Of a DNA stretch of 64,000 nt, positions 54,357-64,000 are shown in pieces; positions within the stretch are counted from its first letter, which is position 1, and every line of letters starts with the position of its first letter. This DNA comes from Octopus sinensis (Eukaryota): positions 58,218,001 through 58,282,000 of the forward strand of contig NC_043006.1 in the NCBI RefSeq assembly GCF_006345805.1. Direction: 5' to 3'. Position numbers and translations under genes: made by a program. The notes beneath the pieces were generated by a model, which was not told the DNA's origin, made no database searches, and worked only from the letters and a program-made list of their open reading frames with translations.

Positions 54357-55526
54357 TAATGTAGGATATAATTTTTTAGAAAAAAAATTTTATCAATGGC
54401 CAGCATATTAAAAAATACCTTTAAAGGTTAAATTTATAAACAACTTATTTATAAGTTGTATATATATATATATATATACATAAATGTGGAGGCGCAATGG
54501 CCCAGTGGTTAGGGCAGCGGACACGCGGTTGTAGGATCGCGGTTTTGCTTCCCAGACCGGGCCTTGTGAGTGATTATTGAGCGGGGGGTGATGGTGATCA
54601 CTGTTGTACTCTTTCGCCACAACTTTCTCTCACTCTTTCTTCTGTTGGTCTGCTCGCTTAGCCAGCGGGGTGACATCATTTGAAGGCTAAAACAATGCGA
54701 AGTGCATTGTGACCAGCGATGTGTAGCAACATCTGATACCTTGGTCGGTCACGGTGATCACGATGATATATATAAATATAAATCGTTGTTATTATGCAAA
54801 AGTGTTGTAAGTCCAAAACATTCCTATTTCAGAAAACTAAAAATAGCTTTGCCTTTCCAAAGCAAAACTTTTGTACTACACTTTGACAATTTTTGGTATC
54901 TTGGCATCTGAAGCAGAAATAAATATTGTAAAAAATGCATTTGGCCAAATATAAATATACATAAATATATATAAATATATATAAACATATATAAATAAGT
55001 ATATATAAACATATATATAAATATATATAAACATATATATACTTTCAGTAAAAGCAATTAAGATTCAAGTGAGTTCCAATGAATTCACATGAATGCGGTA
55101 CTTAACTTAGATGCACCAGAAATCTATATGGTATTAACCATAAAATAATGTGGGGTGATTATAAACAAGAAAAAAGCAACGAGAATGGATTAGTTTTTCA
55201 GTACAATTGTTTCATACGAAGAACAGCTTTTTTAAAAGCTGCAAATATTGCAGCAAATACAAGTGTCCCATACTCATCAGCCAAAACACATATGAGTTTT
55301 CCAAACATCCTAGGGGGTGAGGCTACACTCATGAAGTATCGAAGAGAGTTCTATAAAAAGCAAATTTAGATTGTAAGCAGACTTCCAAAGTTCTCTAATG
55401 ATGCACAGTTTTATAAAAGGTTTTAAAAAGCTTGTTAGCTTCACAGAAAAGGTAAATCCATCCATATATATATATAAAATATATATAAACACATATATAT
55501 AAATAAATATATATAAACATATATAA

Positions 55527-55593
<67 letters not shown>

Positions 55594-55627
55594 TATATAT
55601 AAACATATATATATAAATAAAACAAAC

Positions 55628-55661
<34 letters not shown>

Positions 55662-56540
55662 AATACACACATACACAGAAGAAAGAAAGGAAGAAGGGAG
55701 GGTACTTTTCTATTCTCTATCAGGTTTTGGCTGGGTGACTTGTGCTCAGCAACATACCATGTTTGTTTTTTTTGCTTTTTGTTTTGTTTTTTTTAAATTT
55801 TTCTTTTCTCATCAGGCAAACCTTAATAAGAATTCTTCCAAAGTTATCCTTGTGACATTCTCTCGCTGGTAAACGAAAATTGCACCATACAAATAAGGAA
55901 TGAAAAACATCAGCTTTGGTAAATTTCAGAGAAAAGGAACAAGGTTTCAAGGGTGAAAAAAAAAATGAATAATAACAAAGTTGAGCAGGGAAATAAATAC
56001 AAAATAATAATAATAATAAAACAGTTGTATATGAAACAAATATAGATTTCTATGAATGAGGTACAAAACCAATTTTAGATATAGTTGCATGAACTGGTCT
56101 CCTAGAGGAGTAAAAGCACTTATACATTCAATTTCAAAGAGATAAAAGAACAAAGTCCCAACCCCAACTGGTTTCAACATGTTTGAAAGTCCCAACATAA
56201 TATTACCAACTCTATAAAATACTTCCTAATGATGTTAAAATGTTGATTATCGTTAAGCTGTTAATTGCATATTTCCCTGTGATGAATACAAAAACAGTTA
56301 ATACTGACCGAACTATTCAGCTTTTGCTCTCATTTACTTGTTTCAGTCGTTTGACTGTGGCCATGCTGGAACACCGCCTTTAGTCGAGCAAATTGACACC
56401 AGGACTTATTCTTTGTAAGCCTAGTGCTTATTCTATCGGTCTCTTTGCTGAACCTCTAAGTTACAGAGACGTAAACACACCACCATCGGTTGTCAAGCAA
56501 TGTTGGGGGGACAAACACAGACACACAAACATACACACAG

Positions 56541-56581
<41 letters not shown>

Positions 56582-59500
56582 TACTATGGGCTTCTTTCAG
56601 TTTCCATCTACCAAATCCACTTACAAGGCTTTGGTCAGCCCGAGGCTATAGTAGAAGACACTTGCCCAAGGTGCCATGCAGTGAGACTGAACTCGGAACC
56701 ATGTAGTTGGTAAGCAAGCTACTTACCACTCAGCCACTCCTACACCTGCTATTTATAATTACATTGTGAATTTTATGTATAAATTGTATACATGAAGACA
56801 CATGGCCAAGTGGTTTGGGTGTTGGATACATGATCATAAGGTTGGACCAAGAAGTACATGTCCTTGAGTAAGGCACATCATTTCATGTCGTTTCAGTTTA
56901 CTCAGCTGAAAATGAGTACTAGCCAAATACTGGAGTAGCCCTCTTTGTCTCTGCTGTCACATTTTCAGTTTCAACTTGGTCAAAGGTGAGAGTCTATGTC
57001 TGCTTGCAACTACGATGACACCAAAACAATTAGCATATACATGGCATGGCTGTGTGGTGAGAAGCTTGCATCCCAACCACATGGTTCCGGATGCTGTCCT
57101 ATTGGTGGAACCCTAGGTGAGTCTTCTACTATAACTTTTAGCCTTTTGAGTGTACTTGGTAAATGGTAAAATTTTAATTAATTCGAATTAATTATTCAAT
57201 GCAAGAATGAGGAGGTCTAATAACACTGAAACATGTCACTATACAAAGGTCACACTCACTTTCCACTCAAGTACTAAGACTGTTTCCCCACTCTCTCTTC
57301 CTATATCCCAATCTCTTTTGGAATCAACCACATTGATATGAAACCAGGAAAGCAGTTTTCACACCATGGCCTTAACAATCCATTCATCCTTTTACTACCA
57401 TCCTATGAACTTAGACAGACTCCCTACAACACAGCCATATTCAATTTTTAACCAATTTCAGAGTTGTAGTTATCTCCCTTGTATTTCTGGTCCTAAATTA
57501 ATCAAGAGTTTTGCTTTATTTTTACCCATCATTATGAGGTAATTTTAATCATAAAACCTTTTTTTCACTTTCTCCATAGAGTTTGCATGATTATCACATG
57601 GTCATGAGTTCTAATTCACTGCATGGCACTTTAGACAAATGTTTTCTGTTGTAGCCTTAGGCTAACCAATGGAAACTGTATGGAAACCCATCTTTCACTC
57701 ACACACACGCGCGCGTGCGCATTTATGTATTTGTTCCACAAGATTCTTGATGTGAAAATGCATGTTGAAAGAGATATTATACTTGGGGATGAGGTTTTAA
57801 TTGGCAAAAGATGACCACTCCCATGTATAACAATATATGTATATATAAATCAGATATAGGTGTATAAAATACCATGCAACATACATTCCTGATTATTAAA
57901 ATTATCTTCATCTCTAAATGTGTCACAATTACCAACAGACAACTGAAACCAGCTCAAGAGAAGAAAGGAAAATTCTTGATTCTGAGATTATCTCCCCTTC
58001 ACATATGAGGCTGGTCTCAACTACCATTTGATAATTGTGACACATCCTCCATCCCTGTAGTATTCAGATTACTCTGTCAAATGTAATTCACATTGTTTTG
58101 ATTTAAATCCTGCATTATCTCATGGATTAAAGATTTTGATTATCCAATTGTTTACTTTTAGAATGACATTCCAGGGCAAATGTAAGTAACCACATTTGGC
58201 CATTTTGAACATTTTGTATATCTGAGCTGGATACGGCCTGTTTAAATACTAAAGGGATAAAGACAGAGCTGACTTTAATAAACCAAGAATTTATGTTGTA
58301 TGGTATCTGACATACCTGTATTAGTTTTAGTTGTTCAAATACATGCAGCTGTCAACTCTTAGTTATTTTTCTTAACTCGTGTACATGTGTGAGTGTGTCA
58401 TGCTTAATGCTTAATAATGCACATTGATTTGAATTAAATATTGCACTATCATGTAGACTTGAAATAGCAATGATGAAATTTATTTTTAGAATGATATTGT
58501 AGAACAGGTGTGAGAGACTGGATCTGGCCAGTTTGTGAATAAAAACAGGCAGAATATTTTGGCTGGTTATGGCCTGTTTGAATGCTAAAAAGTTAAGCTG
58601 TTTGCTTCAAATTATATAGATTCCAATGAATTAGGAGTGGGTATTTGAGCAGGGCAAAAAACAAATCCCAGCAAGATTTTGAACTGTGAATGTTGAGGGG
58701 CAAAATTAGATAGTCAGGCAGGTTTAATTTGTTGTTCCATCAGTTTCTGTTCACTAATTACTAATTAACTAGTTACCAATAACACAAAGAAGATATATCG
58801 TAAATAATGAAGAAACTGTGTTACAAGCAATGAATAAATATACCATAAACAAAGAAAAATATAAATACAGAAGACGTCATAAATAAGGAGGAAAACACAC
58901 CATAAATAATGAAGAAAATATAAACAACAAAAAAAAAAGAAAGATGTATAACAATTAAGATACCTCATAAAATTCCTTCTCCTCAGCCCAGTGATAACTC
59001 TCAGCATCATAGAGAATGTTCGATAAGAGAATAGTGTGGACATGGCTAATCTTCTCCAGCAAGATATCAACAACTTCAACAAACTGTTCGTGTCGGGTGG
59101 CGAATGGTTTCTTCCTGATAATCACAACAAAATACAGAAATGATAAGGATTTCATTAAAGTGGAACAAGGATTCAAATTTGGTGGGAAAGAGTTGCCAAT
59201 TAAGCCGATTCATGTGTAGTTAAGAAGTTTGCTTCCTAACCACATGGTTTCGGGTTTTAAAAATAAAATGGAACACTAAAAAATAAGAAAATTTACCCTT
59301 CTTCTTCTCCTAGCACCTCATTGAAAATGTTAAGATGATCTCGAACATAGACACAACTTGAGAGAGTCACCAACAAAAACTTGGCTGCAGCTTTCTTAGG
59401 TATATCTTGACTGATCTGCAAATAAAGAGAGACGAAATGACACAACAGACCCTTAGACCTAGTTCCTCTGAACTATAACTGTCCACTGTCCAGAGGAATT

Positions 59501-62500
59501 GAAAATCAACCTCTAGCTATTTTTAGAACAGTATCCAAGACATACTAAAATTCAATTGGAATTAAACCCTCCATCCATGCAGATGTATGAAGAAATGGCA
59601 ACAGTTACCATAACAACAGCCCCAATACTTTTTGATCAGACCTCATATATACATATATAAAAGGGTAAAGACCTCCTTTGGTCATGAATGACCATGGGAT
59701 TTCACCTAGAAAGTTACGCTCCAAGGCACAAATCTGGGCAAGGTTGTTTATGGAAGGCCAGCAGTCGCCCATGCATACCAGCCTCACCTCTTCATACCAC
59801 CAATGTTATCCAAGGGAAAGGCAAAGGCCAATACAGCTTGGCACCAGTGACATCTCAATTCATTTCTACAGCTGAAATAAAGTGTTTTGCTCAAGAACAC
59901 ATCACACAGCCCAGTCCAGAAATCAAACTCACTACCTCATTATTGTGAGCCCAACGTGCTAAACACTGAGCCATGTGGCTTCACATATACAAATACATAT
60001 GCATGTACATACATAATCATATTCACTTATACACATGTATATATAGATGTTTTCAAACACATACAATCAAAAGTAAAGCTCCACAAAAACATTAGCCACC
60101 ACCCTAATGAATTCTTGATGTTGGTGAGACCTGAAATAGAACCCTTCAAAGAAATGATTATCTAAAATAGTGGTTCTCAACTAGGGTCCACATAGCTCGT
60201 AGGGGTCATTGTAAGATTTTTCTGTTAAAATTTATGAACAGTATAAATTAGTTATACTTCTACAAGATGAAAATATTTTGACAATTGTTTTATACGATTC
60301 CTAATAGCACTTAATTATAAAAATATGATGGGACTTTTTTAAACATCAAATGTTTATTAGGGTCCAACAGAGTAAAATAGAAATCAAAAGGGTCCATAGG
60401 GGCAAAAAAAAAAAAATGGTTGAGAAGCACTGATCTAAAATATCCAATAACAGAGAAAAGAAAAATCAAAACAGGATAACTCACTGCAAGATAATGGCCA
60501 TGGATATTGCTGAAGAGTTGGTTGGCAGAATGGACAAATGCTGATTTAACTGGATGTAATATTCCACCATTACCAGCTTTGGCAAATGGCAGCAACATGT
60601 ACAAATCTTCAATCACTTCATAAACACACTAGAAACATAAAAAAAAGGAAACAAAACATAGAAGGAAGCAACATAGAGATTTCTAAATGAAAGTTAATGT
60701 AGATGATGATGATGATGATGATAATTATCTTCATTTACATCATTCTTCATCTGTGAAACTCCCAAAATACAGAAGTCTAATTCACTACTACTTCTCATAT
60801 CTTTCTTGTTCTTCTTCTCTCATGGGTAGTTAACTATCAAAACATTTCATTTTGGATGATTGAAGACTAAATTCCTTCCATTGTCTTTTGAAGAGTAGAT
60901 AATTAGGTCACTACTCTCAATTATTCCTCCCCCAACTATAACCTTTTCTAACTTCAATTCTAGTAGGTTCAACACCATGCAGACATTTTCCTAAACTCAT
61001 TCTGTCAAAGAAATAGCAACAGGATCAGTGTAAATGTTTTGAACTCCATTGGTGATGCAAATATGTTAAAGCAGTTGGTTTGTTCTTTGCATTTGAAGTC
61101 TATGCAGTCATCTCATGAAAACGGTTTCTTTTGCAATAATATAGTGTGTTCATTAATCAATTGAATGAGTCGTTTGAAACAGCCATAATGAATTGACACC
61201 TGTACATCCTTGTTACTTATTTCAATATATTTATCATTTAATATAAAGTAATATAAAGTAAGACCTTCCAATAATTTATTTTTAATAGAGTTTTAATAAA
61301 TAATCAAATAGAATTAAACAATGTTTCTTAAAGAAATAAAAACATGATTCTTCTTATAGAAGAAACTCCGTTAACTAAATTTGAAACTTAAAAAGTAGGA
61401 CCAGGTGTCTATAATACATTTATCATGTTAAAAACCTAAGGATCATATTTTTATTTCTTTAAGAAATATTGTTTAATTCTATTTGATTATTTATTAAAAA
61501 TCTGTAGTTAACTATTATTGAGGAGTGACTATATTTTTAAATTGAATTGTTTTGGGATTAAATTTAAATTTAATTGTAATTGAAGTTATAGCCACGAAAC
61601 ATATGTAGTCTTTTTACTTATTATATAAGTAAGTTTATTCACTTTTTGTACATTTTGTGATCTATATATGTTTTATAATAGATTTTATTTTTTCTATATC
61701 ATATGGTTTATGTCTATCATTGTTTGAATTACATAATAGTTTTTTTTCTTTAATTTATATATATTTTGTATATACATATGTATGTATGTTTATATATATA
61801 TATATATATATATATGAGATGACTGACTATGCAAAAAACTATAAGTAATTATTAATTTAAAATTTTGGAACAAGGGTAGAAATTTCAGGGGAGGGGTAAG
61901 TCAATTACATTGATCTCAGTGTTCAACTGGTACTTATTTTATCAATCCCAAAAGATTGAAAGGCAACATCAACCTCAGTGGAATTTGATATCAGAACAAA
62001 AATGGAGAAATACCATGAAGCATTTTGCTCCACCATGGCCACAGTCACATGACTGAAACATGTAAAACTATAAAAAAAACTATGCCATTTTAATCCCAAG
62101 CAAGGCCGGGTCACTCTGCTAGTTTTACTATAAATATTGCATTGTAAACACTGACCTAGTTTATAGTTGAATAGTTAACAACAGGATAATGAACCATCTG
62201 TTAAAGCAACTATTTCAGAAAAAAGGGAGCAAAAAATATTTTTGGCTGTGTGGTAAGTAGCTTGCTTACGAATCACATGGTTTTGGCTTCAGTACCACTG
62301 CATGGCACCTTGGGCAAATGTCTTCTACTATAGCCTTGGGCCGACCAAAGCCTTGTGAGTGGATTTGGTAGACAGAAACTGAAAGAAGCCCGTCGTATCA
62401 TCATCATCATCATCATCATTTAACGTCCGCTTTCCATGCTAGCATGGGTTGGATGTATATATTTATATATATATGTATGTGTATGTGTATATGTTTGTTC

Positions 62501-63898
62501 TCCCCCCAACATCGCTTGACAACCGATTCTGGTGTGTTTATGTTCCCGTAACTTAGCAGTTGGGCAAAAGGGACTGATAGAATAAGTACTAGGCTTACAA
62601 AGAATAAGTGCTGAGGTCGATTTGCTCAACTAAAGGTGGTGCTCCAGCATGGCCAGAGTCACATGACTGAAACAAGTAAAAGAGTAACCATGGAAAAATG
62701 GGTTTAAATACTAAATATAGGTATGGCATAAAAAACATCCCAGATTCACCATTTTTCATTTTACAACAGCAAACATATGGTTTTCAACAGTTCAAACGAT
62801 GATGGTAACAGAAAAAAATGGTAAAACTTTAGCTACATGAAGACAACATTATTATCTGCCTAAACCATGAAATATATGGGTGATTTTTCTGCCACATGCG
62901 TACATTTATGTGACAGCACATTTTCATATTTTATACAGTAGTGTTGAAACCTTTAGCATTCAGATTACTCTATCAAATGTAAAGCTTATTTATTTAACAT
63001 TGTTTTGAATCACTCATGCATTATCTCATAGCTTTGAGATTTCAATGACGTGATTTTTTAGAATGACATTGTTTTTGGCCTAGTTCTGTTCAGATTATTA
63101 ATCTCAAAGAAGCACCTAAAAGTCCTCATAAAAAAACAAAAGTAAAATATAATATAATCTTTATGGTTTGTTGAAAATATTCATTGCATAAAATATTACG
63201 GGAATAAAAATAACTCCATTTTTTTTTTGTCATTGGCAGGTCAGTGTTATGTCCTATTTGTTTCTATTTAGAAATCAAAGGAAATGACCACTATTCTCTT
63301 TGAGCTTTGCTTTTGTGATCTGGACATCAATGTTTTGAAACTAACTTCTTTTCCATTACATTTCAGACAGATTCGGTACTGAGTTGCTGAAGCAGAAATA
63401 TCGTTATAGCAAATATTCTGCTCAATACTACAGATTCACTTGTCAATTGCTTGACCGTAACCACTTGAGCATGTCCCTTAGTGGCTGACAATATGTGCAT
63501 CTCTGATCATGACATGGAGTAGTGGGGGAGATCTGACTTAGTTTGAATATAAAACAGGTAGAATATTTGAGCCTCATCTTGGTCAATTTAAATGTAAAAA
63601 GGGTTAAAAGGGAGAAGTAAAAATTAATCAAAGATAAAAACAATGACATGTAAAATCTCACTTACTTTCGAAACGACTCTAGGATAGTGATCAATACATC
63701 CAGCCAAGACATCATGAGGTAGTTGGACAACTTCCATTGAGTAAGCAATCTCCCAGTCTTTCTGTTCTTTCTCAAGGCTAGAGCTGGCATTTGACCATAC
63801 CACTTGCTCAACACATTGCACTAAATCAGGACTAATGAGTTTAAAAACTAGCTTCCATTCCCAAACAGGTTTTTCTTCCAGTTTAGATTTCTCAACAA
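23593..63898 (-). CDS. KIAA0825: KIAA0825-like (DUF4495 family) uncharacterised protein, 3' part: 18 coding exons, 877 aa in window, 5' end outside window
   Basis: Exons 63898-63666, 60628-60485, 59415-59297, 59114-58964, 52148-51958, 50998-50819, 47025-46888, 44911-44821, 44721-44495, 42504-42447, 40042-39990, 37603-37461, 33919-33756, 32632-32494, 28701-28599, 27389-27286, 26046-25844, 23787-23593. All introns are GT-AG and phases match at every junction, giving one open frame to TAA. Spliced peptide [15 protein letters not shown]|[11 protein letters not shown]...PPNLAQ...LAMLTRRY...MDIITILL...[11 protein letters not shown] resembles vertebrate KIAA0825 as I remember it. Confidence 0.85.
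25844..26046 (-). CDS. KIAA0825: KIAA0825-like exon ([11 protein letters not shown]...[17 protein letters not shown])
   Basis: ttattcccacag / gtaggt, 203 nt, phase 1-0; track ORF 25712..26065. Confidence 0.85.
27286..27389 (-). CDS. KIAA0825: KIAA0825-like exon (SSYSTPRH...NELFGCPT)
   Basis: cttttccacag / gtagtg, 104 nt, phase 2-1. Confidence 0.8.
27609..27752. repeat. Two-copy ~72-bp tandem duplication
   Basis: tgctactgaccttaacacctctattta...ccacttctgacctctgt(t/c)gatctcttga appears twice. Confidence 0.75.
28599..28701 (-). CDS. KIAA0825: KIAA0825-like exon ([12 protein letters not shown]...IVTFLNS)
   Basis: ttccatttacctag / gtaagt, 103 nt, phase 1-2; an in-frame alternative acceptor would start the exon at 28680. 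Confidence 0.72.
29745..30055 (+). mobile_element. tRNA-derived SINE family B; representative copy
   Basis: Head ggcacaatggcccagtggttagggcagc...ttcgattccc. Other copies at about 43135-43440(-) and 54486-54765(+). Confidence 0.85.
30596..30815. mobile_element. Second piggyBac-type MITE family (ttaaccctttagcatt...aatgctaaagggttaa-like ends)
   Basis: Degenerate copies also at about 46660-46850, 58060-58260, 58380-58600, and 62945-63070 + 63530-63610. Confidence 0.6.
32494..32632 (-). CDS. KIAA0825: KIAA0825-like exon ([11 protein letters not shown]...SILIYS)
   Basis: ggtttag / gtaatg, 139 nt, phase 0-1. Confidence 0.8.
33756..33919 (-). CDS. KIAA0825: KIAA0825-like exon ([14 protein letters not shown]...DCLGLQ)
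   Basis: catttcag / gtaatt, 164 nt, phase 1-0; track ORF 33732..33935. Confidence 0.85.
35040..35891 (+). mobile_element. Decayed IS630-Tc1-mariner transposon of the DD37D (maT) type, 3' half with terminal end
   Basis: ORFs 35022..35543 and 35425..35781: WFFSEEKNF...FGVITSDG...QQDFAPCH-...[16 protein letters not shown]. There are 37 residues between the second D and the third-D position (here H). The element ends ...gcaccctg|TA. Confidence 0.85.
37461..37603 (-). CDS. KIAA0825: KIAA0825-like exon ([10 protein letters not shown]...RTKRRQ)
   Basis: ctgttgtag / gtaaga, 143 nt, phase 2-1. Confidence 0.82.
38030..38430 (+). mobile_element. Highly decayed CR1/L2-like RT fragment
   Basis: Remnants of the PIxKKG...PANYRPI region (cccatttcaaagaagggt...gagcctgccaaccat). 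Confidence 0.5.
39990..40042 (-). CDS. KIAA0825: KIAA0825-like small exon ([17 protein letters not shown])
   Basis: cttttgtgtag / gtaagt, 53 nt, phase 0-2. Confidence 0.78.
40690..41420 (+). mobile_element. RTE-clade LINE 3' fragment interrupted by a SINE
   Basis: ESKAWKMT...[30 protein letters not shown] is a typical RTE C-terminus; SINE at 41044-41275. Confidence 0.75.
41044..41275 (+). mobile_element. tRNA-derived SINE family C (Meta-domain-like core); representative copy
   Basis: ggcggcgagctggcagaa...gagttcaaattcc...gcctttcatcctttcggggtcgataaattaagtacc. Other copies at about 11495-11890(-, two), 31435-31660(-), 40100-40560(+, two), 44075-44240(+), 50130-50320(-), 52880-53130(-). Confidence 0.8.
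42447..42504 (-). CDS. KIAA0825: KIAA0825-like small exon ([19 protein letters not shown])
   Basis: tttatttcag / gtaagt, 58 nt, phase 2-0. Confidence 0.75.
42656..42749. repeat. 94-bp spacer-less palindrome
   Basis: Arms 42666-42702 and 42703-42739 are complementary with 1 mismatch in 37 bp; the outer 10 bp add 2 mismatches; centre AAGCTT. Confidence 0.95.
44495..44721 (-). CDS. KIAA0825: KIAA0825-like exon ([10 protein letters not shown]...[12 protein letters not shown])
   Basis: ccttttcacag / gtatgt, 227 nt, phase 0-2; lies within track ORF 44449..44763. Confidence 0.82.
44821..44911 (-). CDS. KIAA0825: KIAA0825-like exon ([11 protein letters not shown]...WSLVIQ)
   Basis: ccttccttag / gtaatt, 91 nt, phase 2-0. 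Confidence 0.8.
44998..45878. mobile_element. piggyBac-type MITE (TTAA-CCCTTTCGTTAC...GTAACGAAAGGG-TTAA) with its left end tandemly amplified
   Basis: Left end ttaaccctttcgttac at 44998, 45161, 45324, 45487 and 45650; a single right end at 45863-45878. Confidence 0.85.
46888..47025 (-). CDS. KIAA0825: KIAA0825-like exon (ACRKIHQ...[15 protein letters not shown])
   Basis: ctctcacag / gtaagt, 138 nt, phase 2-2, open frame. Confidence 0.75.
47800..48715 (+). mobile_element. CR1-clade LINE fragment (linker and start of RT)
   Basis: [28 protein letters not shown]...[30 protein letters not shown]...[11 protein letters not shown]. Confidence 0.9.
48725..48960 (-). mobile_element. RTE-like LINE fragment
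   Basis: ORF 48738..48938 RRIWKL...QRFRDIL...[22 protein letters not shown] resembles the endonuclease-RT linker. Confidence 0.6.
49091..49318 (+). mobile_element. Dong/R4-type LINE 3' end within (TAA)n
   Basis: [28 protein letters not shown], then a short UTR and (AAT)n tail; (AAT)n also lies upstream at 49045-49090. Confidence 0.75.
50340..50790 (+). mobile_element. CR1-clade LINE 3' end
   Basis: ORF 50343..50633 LRLAADL...[11 protein letters not shown]...[14 protein letters not shown]...ASFK, followed by UTR. Confidence 0.85.
50819..50998 (-). CDS. KIAA0825: KIAA0825-like exon (MDIITILL...SPVDLLY)
   Basis: ttattttag / gtaagt, 180 nt, phase 2-2. Confidence 0.88.
51958..52148 (-). CDS. 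KIAA0825: KIAA0825-like exon ([11 protein letters not shown]...RRVIQF)
   Basis: ttttccacag / gtataa, 191 nt, phase 0-2; the most recognisable conserved block. Confidence 0.9.
52296..52877 (+). mobile_element. Retroposon 3' fragment flanked by (AAT)n; partial second copy at ~63290-63530
   Basis: Non-coding ~560-bp block bracketed by (AAT)n; cagcaaatattctgctcaatac...cccttagtggctgac recurs near 63410-63490. Confidence 0.55.
58964..59114 (-). CDS. KIAA0825: KIAA0825-like exon ([11 protein letters not shown]...[15 protein letters not shown])
   Basis: attatcag / gtatct, 151 nt, phase 2-0. Confidence 0.88.
59297..59415 (-). CDS. KIAA0825: KIAA0825-like exon ([10 protein letters not shown]...VLGEEE)
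   Basis: tttgcag / gtaaat, 119 nt, phase 0-2; bridges the flanking exons. Confidence 0.8.
60485..60628 (-). CDS. KIAA0825: KIAA0825-like exon ([16 protein letters not shown]...HGHYLA)
   Basis: tttctag / gtgagt, 144 nt, phase 0-0. Confidence 0.85.
63666..63898 (-). CDS. KIAA0825: KIAA0825-like exon 1 in window ([18 protein letters not shown]...YPRVVSK)
   Basis: ttttttcag acceptor, gtaagt donor, 233 nt (2 nt + 77 codons); overlaps track ORF 63624..63821. Confidence 0.85.
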
Positions 63899-64000
63899 CT
63901 GAAAAAAATTAAATAGTCATCTTGGTAACATTGGTGTACCACTTCAATGCATTTACCCACAGGGGCACACACATATGACATCATCAACATCATCGTCATT

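Overview
AT-rich, microsatellite- and SINE-dense eukaryotic DNA. The repeat families look like those of Octopus/coleoid cephalopods (inference from remembered motifs, not a search). I could reconstruct one host gene: the 3' part of a KIAA0825-like (DUF4495) gene on the minus strand. It has 18 GT-AG exons with consistent splice phases, from 63898 down to a TAA stop at 23593 (877 codons plus stop); the 5' exons lie beyond the window. The rest is intronic or intergenic and full of decayed mobile elements: three fragments of restriction-like-endonuclease (R4/Dong-type) LINEs, two Penelope-like elements, mariner and DD37D transposon remnants, CR1 and RTE LINE fragments, three tRNA-derived SINE families and piggyBac-type MITEs. 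The most unusual structures are (1) an 11-copy tandem array of a LINE's terminal 114-bp module separated by (TACA)n tracts, each copy carrying a degenerate hammerhead-like motif; (2) a 94-bp spacer-less intronic palindrome; (3) a 5 x 163-bp amplification across a MITE/host junction; and (4) other long hairpins and inverted SINE pairs in the introns. I found no clear new protein-coding system. Almost all ORFs in the supplied track are microsatellite or repeat artefacts. Family assignments rest on motif recognition from memory and need database confirmation.
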